Under the pieces are notes generated by a model that saw only the letters and a list, made by a program, of their open reading frames with translations, searched no databases and had not been told where the DNA came from. A stretch of 63,995 bases of DNA, filler included, from Basidiobolus ranarum (Eukaryota), in NCBI GenBank assembly GCA_040143965.1. It is 6 parts of 6 records of this genome, joined end to end, with 100 filler letters (N's around TTAATTAATTAA, not from the genome) between each part and the next. Parts side by side here need not be neighbours in the genome. Positions count along the whole stretch, not along the records: positions 21,505 to 32,136 come from JASJQH010007559.1; positions 32,237 to 42,862 come from JASJQH010007560.1; 4 more parts are not named here. One strand, written 5' to 3'. Position numbers and translations under genes: made by a program. This document shows, one piece after another, positions 26,376 to 38,301 of the stretch (its first letter is position 1; every line of letters starts with the position of its first letter).

Positions 26376-26690
26376 ATGAACTCTCTTCGTTCCTCAATCC
26401 GCACATCTACACTTAACAGAGTTCTCCACTCTAGAATTTCACCAGTAGCTGGTTCCGTTCTCCGTTTCCGTCAATATTCGCATTCTCCTCGCTTGACTTC
26501 TGATGAGAGCGATCATCATGTAGTTGAGCTAGCGCATCATGATTTTCTGTCGAGCGTACTGAAGACTTCCTCTGATGACGACTGGGCTTCCCCAGCTATT
26601 TTGAATCATTCCGAAAGCACAACGAACCGTGTGATCAATGTAGCTACCTCCAACGAACAACTTTGGGATGATTTAATTCAAGAAAGTTAA
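26376..26690 (+). CDS. Small protein with predicted mitochondrial presequence; paralog of 24781-25074
   Basis: TATAAAT at 26299; RFRQYS cleavage-like site; shared SSDDDW and WDDLIQ motifs. Confidence 0.75.
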   Translation: MNSLRSSIRTSTLNRVLHSRISPVAGSVLRFRQYSHSPRLTSDESDHHVVELAHHDFLSSVLKTSSDDDWASPAILNHSESTTNRVINVATSNEQLWDDLIQES

Positions 26691-27647
26691 GTTTTGGTAA
26701 ACGCTTTGTGGTTCTCAGTCAATTATTCCGGTCGAACTGGCGGACTTTATTGTATTTCAAAACATAGTGCTCTTGCCCGCAGTTCCAGCCTTCTCTTTTT
26801 AACTCAATCTGCAGCAATTATGCTTTCTATATACAATATTTGTTGTTTCCTCTAGTCGGATACATTAACCTTCTTCAATGTACAAACCTGTGAATGAACT
26901 TATAAATACAGCTATTTACTGAATACGAACACACCTCATTCTGAATGAGTAATATATATTAGTGTCAACTTAAGGTCTCTGAAATGTTGCAGGTGCTTGA
27001 AAATCTTGAGGCACCAGTAGCATAAATGAAGTAGCCTATGCTCAAGCGTTATTTAGGCCAGCTCCCTAGAAATTCCGAGTCGCTGCCAAAAGTATAGAAT
27101 ATTATACCAATTGAATTTGATATTAGGAGATTTATCTCGATTCAATCCCTCACAAATATCAACACAGGGCTCTTGAGGCCAACCGCGATGCAACAACACA
27201 AGTGAACTGGATCCTAACTTTCCAAATTCATATTTGTACAGTGATTTCAGTGTTACATTTGCATGGTAACAATGAAAAGGTCTTATCTGATTTATTACTG
27301 GAGCATTTCTTGATGAGACTATATATGAACTATCGTTTCCTGAATCTAATAAGAGATCTTGGCTATACTTGTTAGCTTACTGATATGGAGGCATTCTAAT
27401 CATTATTATTGAAGCTGAAGCCCAGTCCCATTGTGGGTAACCATGTCCGACCTTTACAAACAAAATATGTACAATGTGAGAACTAACTTTGCTGGTCAGT
27501 AGAGTGAGATGTACCACAAGTGCCTGCCAAGAAAAACAACAAACTTGATATATAATCATGATAGTATCAGAGCACCATGGGACTTGGGCTGGGTACTAGT
27601 CACCATTTTAAGAGGGAACTACTTTGCATAGTATTCGAACGGCTTAA

Positions 27648-27958
27648 TGTTAAAGTATTTTGGGAGCCTGTTGGAAGCGGTTTGGAGAACTAGAGAAATT
27701 GGTGGTTTTCACTTATTGATTTATTGAGTTGAAAGTTGACATTTATAGTTTTGTCAAGATGTAAGTGTAGAGTGCATTAAGGAAGGTCCCAGGAACATGT
27801 GTGCAAAGTTTGGGGCTTCTTTGAAAAATCTATATATCTGAGAACTTCCAAGTAAATTCCGATTGAAAATAATGGGTGATATCTTAGTAGAATATAGGAT
27901 AACTAAATACTAAGCTATATATGACTATATAGGTGTTTAGGCAATGCAAATTTCAACA
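27648..27958 (-). mobile_element. Solo LTR (TGTT...AACA termini) with 5-bp TSD CTTAA
   Basis: Starts TGTTAAA and ends TTTCAACA; CTTAA at 27643-27647 and 27959-27963. Strand is given relative to the 35478 copy. Confidence 0.88.
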
Positions 27959-27989
27959 CTTAAAAGGTATTATAGTTAGGATGAATGTT

Positions 27990-28569
27990 ATGTTGGAATG
28001 TTTTGGGATTTGTTGGAAGTGGTTTGGAGAACTAGAAGAATTGGTAAAAATATTCCAAGTAAATTCCTCTTGAGAAGATCTTAGTGTTAAAGTATTTGGG
28101 AGCCTGTTGGAAGTGGTTTGGAGAATAAAAGAAATTGGTGGTTTTCACTTGTTGATTTATTGAGTATTCAGTTGACATTTATAGTTTTGTCATGCACCAC
28201 ACCATTTGGCACTGGGTATAAGTGTTAAAGTATTTGGGAGCCTGCTGGAAATGGTTTGGAGAATTAGAGAAATTGGTGCTTTTCACTTATTGATTTATTT
28301 AGTTGAAGTTAACATGTATAGTTTTGTCACGATGTAAACAAACTAACGTATAGAATGTGTTAAGGAAGGTCCCAGGAACATATGTGCAAAGTTTGGGGCT
28401 TCTAGCACAGGTTTGAAAAATCTATATATCTGAGAACATCTAAGTTAGTAAGAAATATTCAAGTAAATTCCGATTGAGAATAATGGATAATTTCTTAGTG
28501 AAATATAAGATAACTAAGTACTAAGCTATATATGACTATATAGGTGTTTAGGCAATGCTAATTTCAACA
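27990..28569 (-). mobile_element. Cluster of partial and full copies of the same LTR family
   Basis: Degenerate copy ~27990-28079, partial copy from 28085, full copy 28223-28569; CTTAG at 28080-28084 and 28570-28574. Confidence 0.85.
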
Positions 28570-29027
28570 CTTAGCTGACTTCAGACAGTTTGCTAATTCT
28601 AGTTATTTTGAGAGAATATATGATGGACTCCACCTGCCCTTTCCCAAAGTCTAGAGCATTATTACTGATGTAGGAATTGGGCTATACTTCTACTACATAA
28701 TGAAGATATGTGGTGTTGATTCACTTACTCTTACTAAGTAAAACCTGGTAAAAACTCAATAGAGTATATCTCACTTTTGTATTATGCTTGAACTCATTGG
28801 ATGCAGGCCAAACAATATAAGCCTTGTTTATTATTTATTCGCTCTCATTATGACATTCTCAGAAATTTTGATATATTTACAAATTTTAATTTTCTATTTA
28901 TCAGTAGATTAAATTTCTTTTTGTCAATAGTATTCTTGCACAGGTAGTTTACTCTCTAATCACGTGATTTACTGACCTTATTTTCACCCAAAAATGTTAT
29001 TGTGTAAACATAGTAATCTCTGCTAAC

Positions 29028-29919
29028 ATGTCCGACTTCCCTACTGTTCAAGTTATCTCTGCGCTTGCCATTGGTGCCATTGGTGGTTATCTCCTTCGGG
29101 GGAATAATGATTCCTGCTACGTTGCCCCAGTATGTGCCCCTTTATTACATGTTTTTTTTCTAGAGTTAACCATTTTGGTAGAAGACTGAAAGTAGCGAAG
29201 ATTCTGAGCCCAAGATTGACACGAAAAATTATGACGATTTTAAAATGGTAACAACTTAATATTTCATATTCTTATACTCGTGTCATAAAAATAACTTTGA
29301 AACAGGTGTTAGTAATTCGTACTGATTTGGGCATGGGCAAAGGCAAAGTAGCTGCACAGGTAATTTAGTTATTCTTCTCTGATTGTTAACGTTTTATAAA
29401 GACACGTTTATCTGATAGTATGTTTCTTTTCTTTTCACAGTGCTCTCACGCGACACTTGCAGTGTATAAGGAGGCTCTTAGAAAATCACCTGAGGTACAG
29501 TCAAGTCATGTATAGCAGCAAAACTAAGTTTGTTCGATTGAGCTAATTTCTGATAATGCAGATACTGAAAGACTGGGAATACTCAGGACAGGCGAAGATC
29601 ACCTTGAAGTGCGACAACGAACCCGAGATGTAACAGTTTAGCTATTTGATTACTAAAAGGCATTAAACTTATAATATTTTGATTTATTTAGGCTTGAGCT
29701 TCAAAAGAAAGCTAGAAGTATGGGTCTCTGTGCTCGCAGCATTCAGGATGCTGGTAGAACACAAATTGCCGCTGGATCTAGAACTGTCCTTGCTATTGGT
29801 CCAGGTAAACATACCAATCTTCATGCTTGCTTCCTGCATAATACTGATTTTTTGAATACATCGCTATAGGACCGGTGGAGATAATTAACGAAGTTACTGG
29901 TCATCTGAAGTTATACTAA
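29028..29919 (+). CDS. PTH2: Peptidyl-tRNA hydrolase 2, multi-exon
   Basis: Spliced: [26 protein letters not shown]...[12 protein letters not shown]...[23 protein letters not shown]...VTGHLKLY; N-terminal TM anchor. Not in the ORF track. Confidence 0.95.
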
Positions 29920-31171
29920 ATTCTGGTACACCCAATATACTGTTTATTCAGGCTTGGTTACAGTATACAATGAGCTTCCTGTATGCTCCTTAACATAATC
30001 CCAATAGGTTAAGTTATCGCAGTGGTTATCTAAGTCTTAATAAAGTTGAACCAAAGGTTGGCAGCATTAACACTATACAGACCATGGGTATGGCAAGACG
30101 TTGAAATTAATGTTAAACATACATTTACACCAGTTTTAGTAATGCATATTCGCAATTTCAGACCACTGTAGTGCTTTACATTGTACATATAAAATATTTC
30201 TGAAAGTTAGGTCCTGAATATACATGACATCTCTTTGTTCTTGTACCTGCTCAGGTTCTGGAATCTGTCATGGAATCAATTATCAAGTGATCCTATGCTT
30301 AAATCTAAAGTTGCACCATTACCAAGCAACACTGAATAAGCACTATAATCGCCAATTCTAACTAGTTCACCTTCAATATGCACGTTTCTATCAGCAAGTA
30401 GCTACAACAACTATTAGAGTTTAGATTAAAAATCGTCAGACTACAGCCATGTCTTTTGTACAAGACGTTCATACAATTCTAGATCTGGTGCTGAACTTCA
30501 CACACCAATACCCATGTATGAATCAGAACCCTTGATAATTCCCACGTATGCTTGAAGGGGAGATGGATTCCTTCCAAGATTGTTCCTTTTGTGTAGGAGT
30601 GCTTATACCAGACTACAAAATTTATTCACTGTACTTACCTTTTGCGAGGTTTAGTGTGTAGATTTGGTTACTCAGACATACCTGAAGTAATATCAGTATG
30701 ACTCGTGAAAATCAATGATTTTGGACCCTTGAGAGCTGTGAAGTATCATGTGATTCAGTTATGTGACAATTCCTATATGCGTAATTAAAGGAGTACTGAG
30801 TATATTCAATAGGAAAAGGAGGATTAGATGCTACTTCTGTAGTAGAGGAGTAGGTAAAGTGTATTTAGAAACTTCGGGAGACATTGGCAGCCATTCGCTA
30901 AGATCTTACTGTTACTATTATCATTACCCAACTTCATATGCCCATTAATGTTGACTACAGATTACCGAAATTTGAGTTGTAAGATACAGATAGTGATGGA
31001 GTGCATATGGCAGAAGTAATACCAATGATTCAATCCTCAGATCTGCGAATTTTATATATCCTCTAAATTACTTTTTGGGTAAAATGTGGTGGATTCCATC
31101 TGGATCCGTATTTATCCTCCTTGACCCAAGTGCTCTTCTACATTCTTACTTTTATATTTTTCCCACTTTAG

Positions 31172-32136
31172 ATGAGCTTTAAGATTGGTGGAGAAAGTAG
31201 TTCTTCTCCAACTCCAGGGCATAAATTCTCCTCAAGCTTAGGTTCATTCAGTACTTCTGATGCAAACCGCTCACACAACGACAAAAATGCATACCCTTCG
31301 AGGCAAGAAAAATTAGAGAGCTTTTCTGAAGAGTGGGTTCAACGAACAGCCAAAGGCTTTTCTGCCAATCGACACAGCACTGGTACTTTCCATTTCACTT
31401 ATTTGTATTCTTCATGGGGTTTCATCAGAAATTTGGAGATGATTTTCAAATATTTTCGTTCACTCATCGTTGTTTCAATACTGCAGAAAGTATTGGCGAC
31501 CTAATTGCGGGTGTTAAAGCTGAAGACGCACTTAAACTCGCTACTTTGACCAAAAGAAAACCTGATAAAAAGGACAAAGTAAATGCACAAGGATTATTTC
31601 ACCCTCCAGATGAGAGTAAAAGCGCTAATTCTCTGAATGATGATTCTGATTGGGAAAGCCACGAGCGCGCGGATAGTGAAGGTATAGCATATATTCACTT
31701 TCATACATATTAAACTCTGGATATACTGAAGTTTCAATATGAAAAGGAATTATGGATGATGATCGGGTTTTTGCTCCTTCTCCCTTGACACAACAATATT
31801 CAAACAGATATAAGCAATTTATGAACCAAAGATACGCCCAAATCTTCCATTTGATAGCTATTAAGGAGTGCTATAACCCTCTAGATATTGTTCGAAATAG
31901 AGAAGCTAAATATCGAGAAGAGCAAGGTGCTGAGGGAGACCATCTTAGTGAAGAAGGTTTCTTCAGCAGAAAGAGAAGTTCAGACGAATTTCTACCCAAC
32001 ATATCGTCGAAGAGAGTTTGTAGCAGATGGGGATTTGATAACTCAGAAATGTCCAGTTATTACCTTAAATGTGACGCTCTGAAGACTCATAGAAGTGGAA
32101 ATATTCTCTCTGATGGAGAGAATGTCAAAATTCGTA
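31172..32136 (+). CDS. Hypothetical multi-exon protein, 3' end cut by contig end (YNPLDIVRNR is weakly Mtc4-like)
   Basis: Three consecutive open frames separated by GT-AG introns (~31383-31487, ~31682-31747). The family hint rests on one motif only. Confidence 0.6.
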
Positions 32137-32236
32137 NNNNNNNNNNNNNNNNNNNNNNNNNNNNNNNNNNNNNNNNNNNNTTAATTAATTAANNNNNNNN
32201 NNNNNNNNNNNNNNNNNNNNNNNNNNNNNNNNNNNN
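32137..32236. other. Artificial contig linker
   Basis: N44-TTAATTAATTAA-N44. Confidence 0.98.
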
Positions 32237-32659
32237 TTTCGTCGCAGCTTTTTTTGACATATGCAGGCTCTCCGCAAACACCTCGACTAAGATTGTTAAC
32301 GTTCGGAGTTCTTACTATGGCAAATTTAGTGCATAGAAATACTTCAGATCTTCGGGTTTTTAACACCTTAGATAAGAGCTTTTCGTTCTCGCCGGTACCA
32401 TACATATCCTTGAAGAGAAAGAATGCGCGGTGAATTAGTAGAGTAAAAAGAAGTTATTCGACCAAATTGTACCCACAGCGGTGTCCCAAAACGTGCAACC
32501 GAGATCGATAGCTTTGTTCAAAACCTCCAAACTTTCTTTCTCGTCTGCAGATCCGTAGAATTCGCTCATTCCCATACATCCTAAGCCCAGGGCGGAAACC
32601 TCGGGGCCGTTCTTACCTAATTTACGTTTTGGAAAAGGAGAAGGTATGGAAGCAGACAT
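32237..32659 (-). CDS. Aldo-keto reductase (AKR13/YakC-like), 5' part
   Basis: [21 protein letters not shown]...[17 protein letters not shown]...VFLCTKF; truncated at the contig end. Confidence 0.93.
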
Positions 32660-34234
32660 TTTTTGATTTAGGTTGTATGGAAACGTGCTATGATCCAATA
32701 TTTATACCACCTTACCTTACCTGCTAAGTCGTCATCAGTACTCATTACTAATCAAAGAGCCACCCTTGATCATCACCCTAACCCTAAGCCACTTTCATGT
32801 AAACCAATCAAAATACCACAAGATATAACATAACCACTGCTAAAATGTGATAATGACTTGAAAATCCTCGCTAACCTGCTGGCTTGAAACATTACATCGT
32901 GCTTCTTTGACTCGGATGTAATATCCTATTGGTTCTTGTGGTTCTTCATACTACCAAGGATGACTCCAAGTCTGACCAGTTGCTACACTGAAAAATTAAT
33001 TGCATTGTCTTGTTAGTAAATCTGAACATTAGTTAATTGTATGATTTATGGCAGTATGTACTAGAGTCTCACTTACGTAAAGTAGGCGTTGGGCCAATGA
33101 TGAGCATAGCCTTTCCCTCTAGCAGCCACCCGAGCTTCGTTACTCAGACTTGGGAGACAAAGGGTTGTCGGTATCAACGAACATAATTTACTACACTTGG
33201 TCACCGGATATGGGTGAAATCGAGACGAGACGACTTTCTAGATCTCTAGTCTAAATATATATTCATTCTCATCACAAGCATGGACTATCTGCGCAATAAC
33301 CAGAAACAGCGTTTGATTGAGAATAAATTAACTGTCCCACACTATCACTCCAATTTACTAAAGAAGGAATATTATATATATGATAGTAAGCATGCAGCGC
33401 AGTGTGCGTGTATCTATTTGACCGCCACAATGTCTAGTACAATTAGGTATCTTGCTTTGTATTGACGAAATTATAAATACGATGACAAGTGTTTACTGGA
33501 ATCATCAGTCTGCTACTGATTTAGCAGTCTAACTCGAAGATGACAGAAGCCTGGCAGTATAAATCTTTGAAGGTGGGAATTCATTGATAATAATCAAATT
33601 GTTAATTGTAAATACTTGCATGGCATTTAAGATACGTAAGTAAGCTTGTCCTGACATTACGCTAATCGCCAAATATACCAACGCGAGAGCATACAAATAT
33701 CAAATGCGTCCAATATGATTGATTTTTCTTACTGAGCTCTGAGATGACCAATCACATCGTGGGTAAGAAGCTTGATCCTTAGGTCACGTGCGCCTGACTG
33801 CATTACGGCCAGACCCTTGAAAGCGGGCTCTTACGAATATAGGGATTGTGTAGAACATTTATTATCAGACTGGGGCGTAGATGGTAGCTTACACTGGCTT
33901 GAAGTGTACAGAAGGCTAACCTTCTCATTTGCTTATCGGTGTAGGACCATTATGAGGATGTATTCACTATTTATTTTCTTGCAACCTGCTGAATGCACCA
34001 TTACTTTCAAAATGAGTATTTTTCCATGTCTGTATCCTGGTCCTGGTAAACTGATTATGTATGTTGCAGTAACTTATAGCAGTGATTTTTATCCAAAGAA
34101 GGGATTAATTTATGCTCAGGGTGATGAAAATCCAAGTTACAAGGAGGCATAAATTGCGGATTAAATTATTACGGCATATTGGATAATATTAATTGGGTAT
34201 ATTTAAACTCCCATCTTAAAATTAAAGTCTGTGG

Positions 34235-35212
34235 TTAAGCTTTTTCACCAACAGAGCGACTTTGAACTTCATGAGTGGTCTGATATTTGCTCTTCAAAGC
34301 ACCTTCCTTAGCAGCAACGGAAGCTCGTCGAGCTGAAAAAACCCTGTCACGACCTCGGTGCAAATACAATTGGAAAACAAATAAAAGACCGAATATAACA
34401 AGGAGACCAATGTACCACGCAGCAGCCATAGGACCTTGGTTCCAATCTAAGAAACTGTATAGCCATTCACCTCGACTAATATAAGAAAAAATTCATTGTT
34501 AGAACATTTAAACGCTATCTTCCTCTGCTTGTAGAATAAACAATTTCACTTACGCCGCAAAATACACCCAGGCGAGAAACATGTACAAGATGATAAAAGC
34601 CCAGGTGCCAATAATGTGAACAAAAAATAGCTCCATTCGGTTAAACAATACTTCAATCAGCATACAGGCTAGATCAGCACCGTGATGTGAGAAATCTACA
34701 TATTTGTTTAAAACATCCATAGTGTTGTTGGGATCAAACAACATCCCCCAATAGATTGCTGGGACCACAATATGGTACACTACTACAGTACCGTAGAGAA
34801 ACCACAAAAAGACAGTCAATAGCCAATGCTGTTTTGTAAGAGAGTCAAGCGTCTTTGTCTGCAGAAACATGAAAGAATGATAGGTAGCCGTCTATAGCAA
34901 AAAAGAAGCCATCAATAATTTCGAATGAAATCAGGAGAACAAGGAACAAGGCGAGTGTGCTGACAAATATACTGGAACTCAACGTACCAAGTAATATGCA
35001 GTGAGGCCAATATTGGAAAGGTTGGTAAATGTGGTTGGGACCATGTAAAAGACATTATCGCGTGCTGAGACATACAAAGTTGCAATAAAGACAGCGACCA
35101 GATGGCACGACACAACGGCTCGGATACAAAACAATGCCTTGGCACTGACCAAGTTGGAGCTGACCGCACGGGAAAAGTCTAACTGGTCGTATTTCAAAAA
35201 TTCACCCTTCAT
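34235..35212 (-). CDS. Multi-pass membrane protein, rolling stone / FAR-17a-AIG1-like
   Basis: Three exons; FTNLSNIG, VPAIYWGML, DFSHHGAD, IEVLFN and EWLYSFLDW motifs with about six TM segments. Confidence 0.75.
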
Positions 35213-35477
35213 ATTTGCTTCGTTTTGTTGATATCTTTGTCGTATAAATGCTAGACGAGTCGGATATTCAGTAATTCAGTCGCGGATATTCAGCGAGACA
35301 AGCGGTACTAACTCCGCAGCCAAGCAAGTGAGAAGTGTCAGGAAAGCGATATACGTGAATATAAGGATAGGATGGTGAGTAGCTTGTGTGACAGTAGCTG
35401 GTACACTAAATGCATTCTACTAGTTTATTTGGGGCTAGCGCTTGAATAATTGCATATGGGATTCAGAGCATTGTTAA

Positions 35478-35788
35478 TGTTGAACATAGCAACTTAGCCT
35501 AAACATCTATAGAAGTCATATATAGCTTAGTAGTTAGTTATTCCATATTTCACGAAGAAATCACGAACTACTCTCAAGAGGAATTTACTTAGAAGTTCTC
35601 AGATATATAGATTTTTCAAAGAAGCCCCAAACTTTGCACATATGTTCCTAGGACCTTCCTTAACACATTCTACACGTTTGTTTGTTTACATCATGACAAC
35701 ACTATAAATGCCAACTTTCTACTCAATAAATCAATAAGTGACGACCACCAATTCTTCTAGTTCAACAAACTCCCAAAATACTTCAACA
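35478..35788 (+). mobile_element. Solo LTR with 5-bp TSD GTTAA
   Basis: TGTTGAA...TTCAACA termini; GTTAA at 35473-35477 and 35789-35793. Confidence 0.88.
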
Positions 35789-36726
35789 GTTAATACATTC
35801 AATAAATCCAAATTTTAATCCTTTATGCTTGGTAGTTGTCAAGGGCTACACCTTAAAGTAGAATGTTCACAGTTGTTAGTTTTGTATACAACAGAGTTGC
35901 ATTTGACATTCAGCTCAAATGCCTGGTAGTTGATGTATTCTAGAATCCAGTAAAGGTTACTCTTGGTTAGGAATAAATACTCAAAAACTAATGCTAAGTT
36001 TCATAATGAACTTTTTCAATATATACTGTATTTTAGATTTCTCTAAATTGAACCAAGTTTTTAAACTTTATATACCAGTGGTGGCCTCCCCTTACATGAG
36101 GATGGGTTCTTGTAAACAATTATTCCGTGCATTCATTCCAGCTACATCCATCTAAGAGAACACTTCAAACTGAATGCTAACCAGGGAAATAATCTTAACT
36201 TGGCCTGATGCTGAAATAATGCCATTACAGATAGCGTGAGCTTCATGCATCCTATGTTGGCAGTAACAATTGAAAAGCATCACTGGTCCCACTAGAATCA
36301 CATGATAAGATGCTTTTGATTGATTAAATGAAAAATATCGAAATCAACGGAATACGTGGATTAATAAACGTGTTGTTAGATGGACTTTGAATCGTTTCAT
36401 ATTTAGTAAGTTTGACGACCAGATTGGTCAAGAAACCTCATTAATATCTATTGTATTAATTTGTGGATCTGAGCAACGGTACGAGGTACCAAATTGATGT
36501 ACAGGTGTTCCCTACTTTGTAACTCAAACCGCCAGCCACACATACAATTTTTCATTTTAGTTACATATTATGGAAAACTGGAGTTCGAATATGGTGCCAA
36601 TGGACAATATGCTCCCTAAAATTCAACTATAAATAACGCAAAAATATCTGGAGTTCAGTATTCGATTCTGAAGGGAATTCTCTCCTCATCTATTATAAAG
36701 CTTCTCTCTCCCCTACGGTCGATAAA

Positions 36727-38301
36727 ATGAGTTTGTCAGGAACAATCACTCAATCACTCTCATCTTTACCAACACTGGAAATAGTGCTTGTTATAGTGGT
36801 CTTGGTGATAGTCCACCTCGTCGTAGACTACCAGAGATCTAAGAAGCTCTACCCACCTGGCCCAACTCCACTCCCAATCCTCGGAAACATCCTGCAAGCT
36901 GGTGGTGATTTGTCCAAGACCTTTATTAAGTTTTTAGATCAATATGGTGACATTACTCAGATTACAATGCCTGGAAACCGTATTGTTTGCGTCGCTGAGC
37001 CAGATTTAATGGCTGGTATGTTTACTCCAAGCTCCAGCAACAGATATCAAAGAAGATTCCCTGCTTCTGAGGGTATGTTGAAGATAGATGCTAACAACGG
37101 CACTTTGATGAATGCCAGTGTTGAGATGTGGAAACGTAACAGAAAGTTCTTCGTACGTGCTTTGATGTCTACTCGTCTCCTCCGTGAATGTGCCAGAACC
37201 TTCACCGATTTGGTTGAGGATTTAGCAGAATGTTGGGAAAATGCCGGTCCTAATACTCCTTTGGATGTTCCTACCTGGTGTACTGCCTACACTGGTGATG
37301 CTACAGCCCTTGCATCCATGGGTAAACGTGTCAATGCTGTTCTTCACTATGCCACCACTCTAGGCTTTGCTCCTAAGAAGGATACTACCAAACTTGATGA
37401 GACTGCTAACGTAGTTGGTTATAGCAAGTTGATGGACACCTACATCGAATCTTTGACATACTTCAGCTTTTTGCCCGATTGGGTTTGGAAGTATATCCCT
37501 AGTCAAAACCGTCTCGCTAAAGAATATTTCAGCAATGTTGCCAAGATGAACCCATGGGAAGACTCTTTTATTGAAGATGCTAGAAGCAAATTAAAATCTG
37601 GAGAAATGGGTCCCAACGATTCATTCCTTACTGAGTTACTCTCCGCAGAAGAGACCGCTGATTATGATTACGATAATATGGTGAAGCAGAATTTCCGTGA
37701 GATGTTTGCTGCCGGTATGGATACCACTGCCAGTGCTTTGGCCTTCTTATTATATGAACTTGCTAAATACCCCGAGGTTCAAGAGAAGATTGCGCAAGAA
37801 ATTGCCGATGTTCTCGGTAATGGTTTCCAAGACCCCAATGAACTCAACAAGCTCACTTACACAACCGCTGTTATCAATGAGACTATGAGACTTCATCCCG
37901 CTGTCCCAATGGTTGCCCGTATGGTCAGTGTTGCCACTGAAATTGCCGGATACGAGCTTCCCGAGAATACTCACGTGATGGGACATTTGGCTCATATGCA
38001 TCGTGATGAACGTTTCTTCAGCGAACCCAACGAGTTCAGACCTGAACGTTTCCTAGATGCTGAGGTGATGAAATCTCTTCACAAACATGCTTTCTCACCA
38101 TTCGGCCAAGGAACACGTCAATGCCCAGGAATTCACCTTGCCATGCACATGGTGAAGGTATTCATTGTGGTCATCTGCCCTCGCTTCACTCTTCATCTCT
38201 CCAATCCCGAGCAAAAACTTTCCTATCATTGGAACGTTGTCAACCAACCAGCACCTTTTGGCGTGTTTGCTAAGCGCAGAGAGGTGAAAAGCGAAGCTTA
38301 A
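36727..38301 (+). CDS. Cytochrome P450, intronless
   Basis: N-terminal TM + PPGPTPLP, AGMDTT (I helix), ETMR, PERF, heme motif FGQGTRQCPG. Confidence 0.97.
   Translation: MSLSGTITQSLSSLPTLEIVLVIVVLVIVHLVVDYQRSKKLYPPGPTPLPILGNILQAGGDLSKTFIKFLDQYGDITQITMPGNRIVCVAEPDLMAGMFTPSSSNRYQRRFPASEGMLKIDANNGTLMNASVEMWKRNRKFFVRALMSTRLLRECARTFTDLVEDLAECWENAGPNTPLDVPTWCTAYTGDATALASMGKRVNAVLHYATTLGFAPKKDTTKLDETANVVGYSKLMDTYIESLTYFSFLPDWVWKYIPSQNRLAKEYFSNVAKMNPWEDSFIEDARSKLKSGEMGPNDSFLTELLSAEETADYDYDNMVKQNFREMFAAGMDTTASALAFLLYELAKYPEVQEKIAQEIADVLGNGFQDPNELNKLTYTTAVINETMRLHPAVPMVARMVSVATEIAGYELPENTHVMGHLAHMHRDERFFSEPNEFRPERFLDAEVMKSLHKHAFSPFGQGTRQCPGIHLAMHMVKVFIVVICPRFTLHLSNPEQKLSYHWNVVNQPAPFGVFAKRREVKSEA

Noticed and set aside
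27648-28569. Repeated sequences as a CRISPR array or satellite
   Set aside because: The units are long, irregular LTR fragments with no repeat-spacer periodicity, in a eukaryotic context.
6601-38301. Apparent gene cluster of chitin-active genes, ABC transporter, AKR and P450
   Set aside because: The genes lie on different contigs joined artificially, and no backbone biosynthetic enzyme is present.
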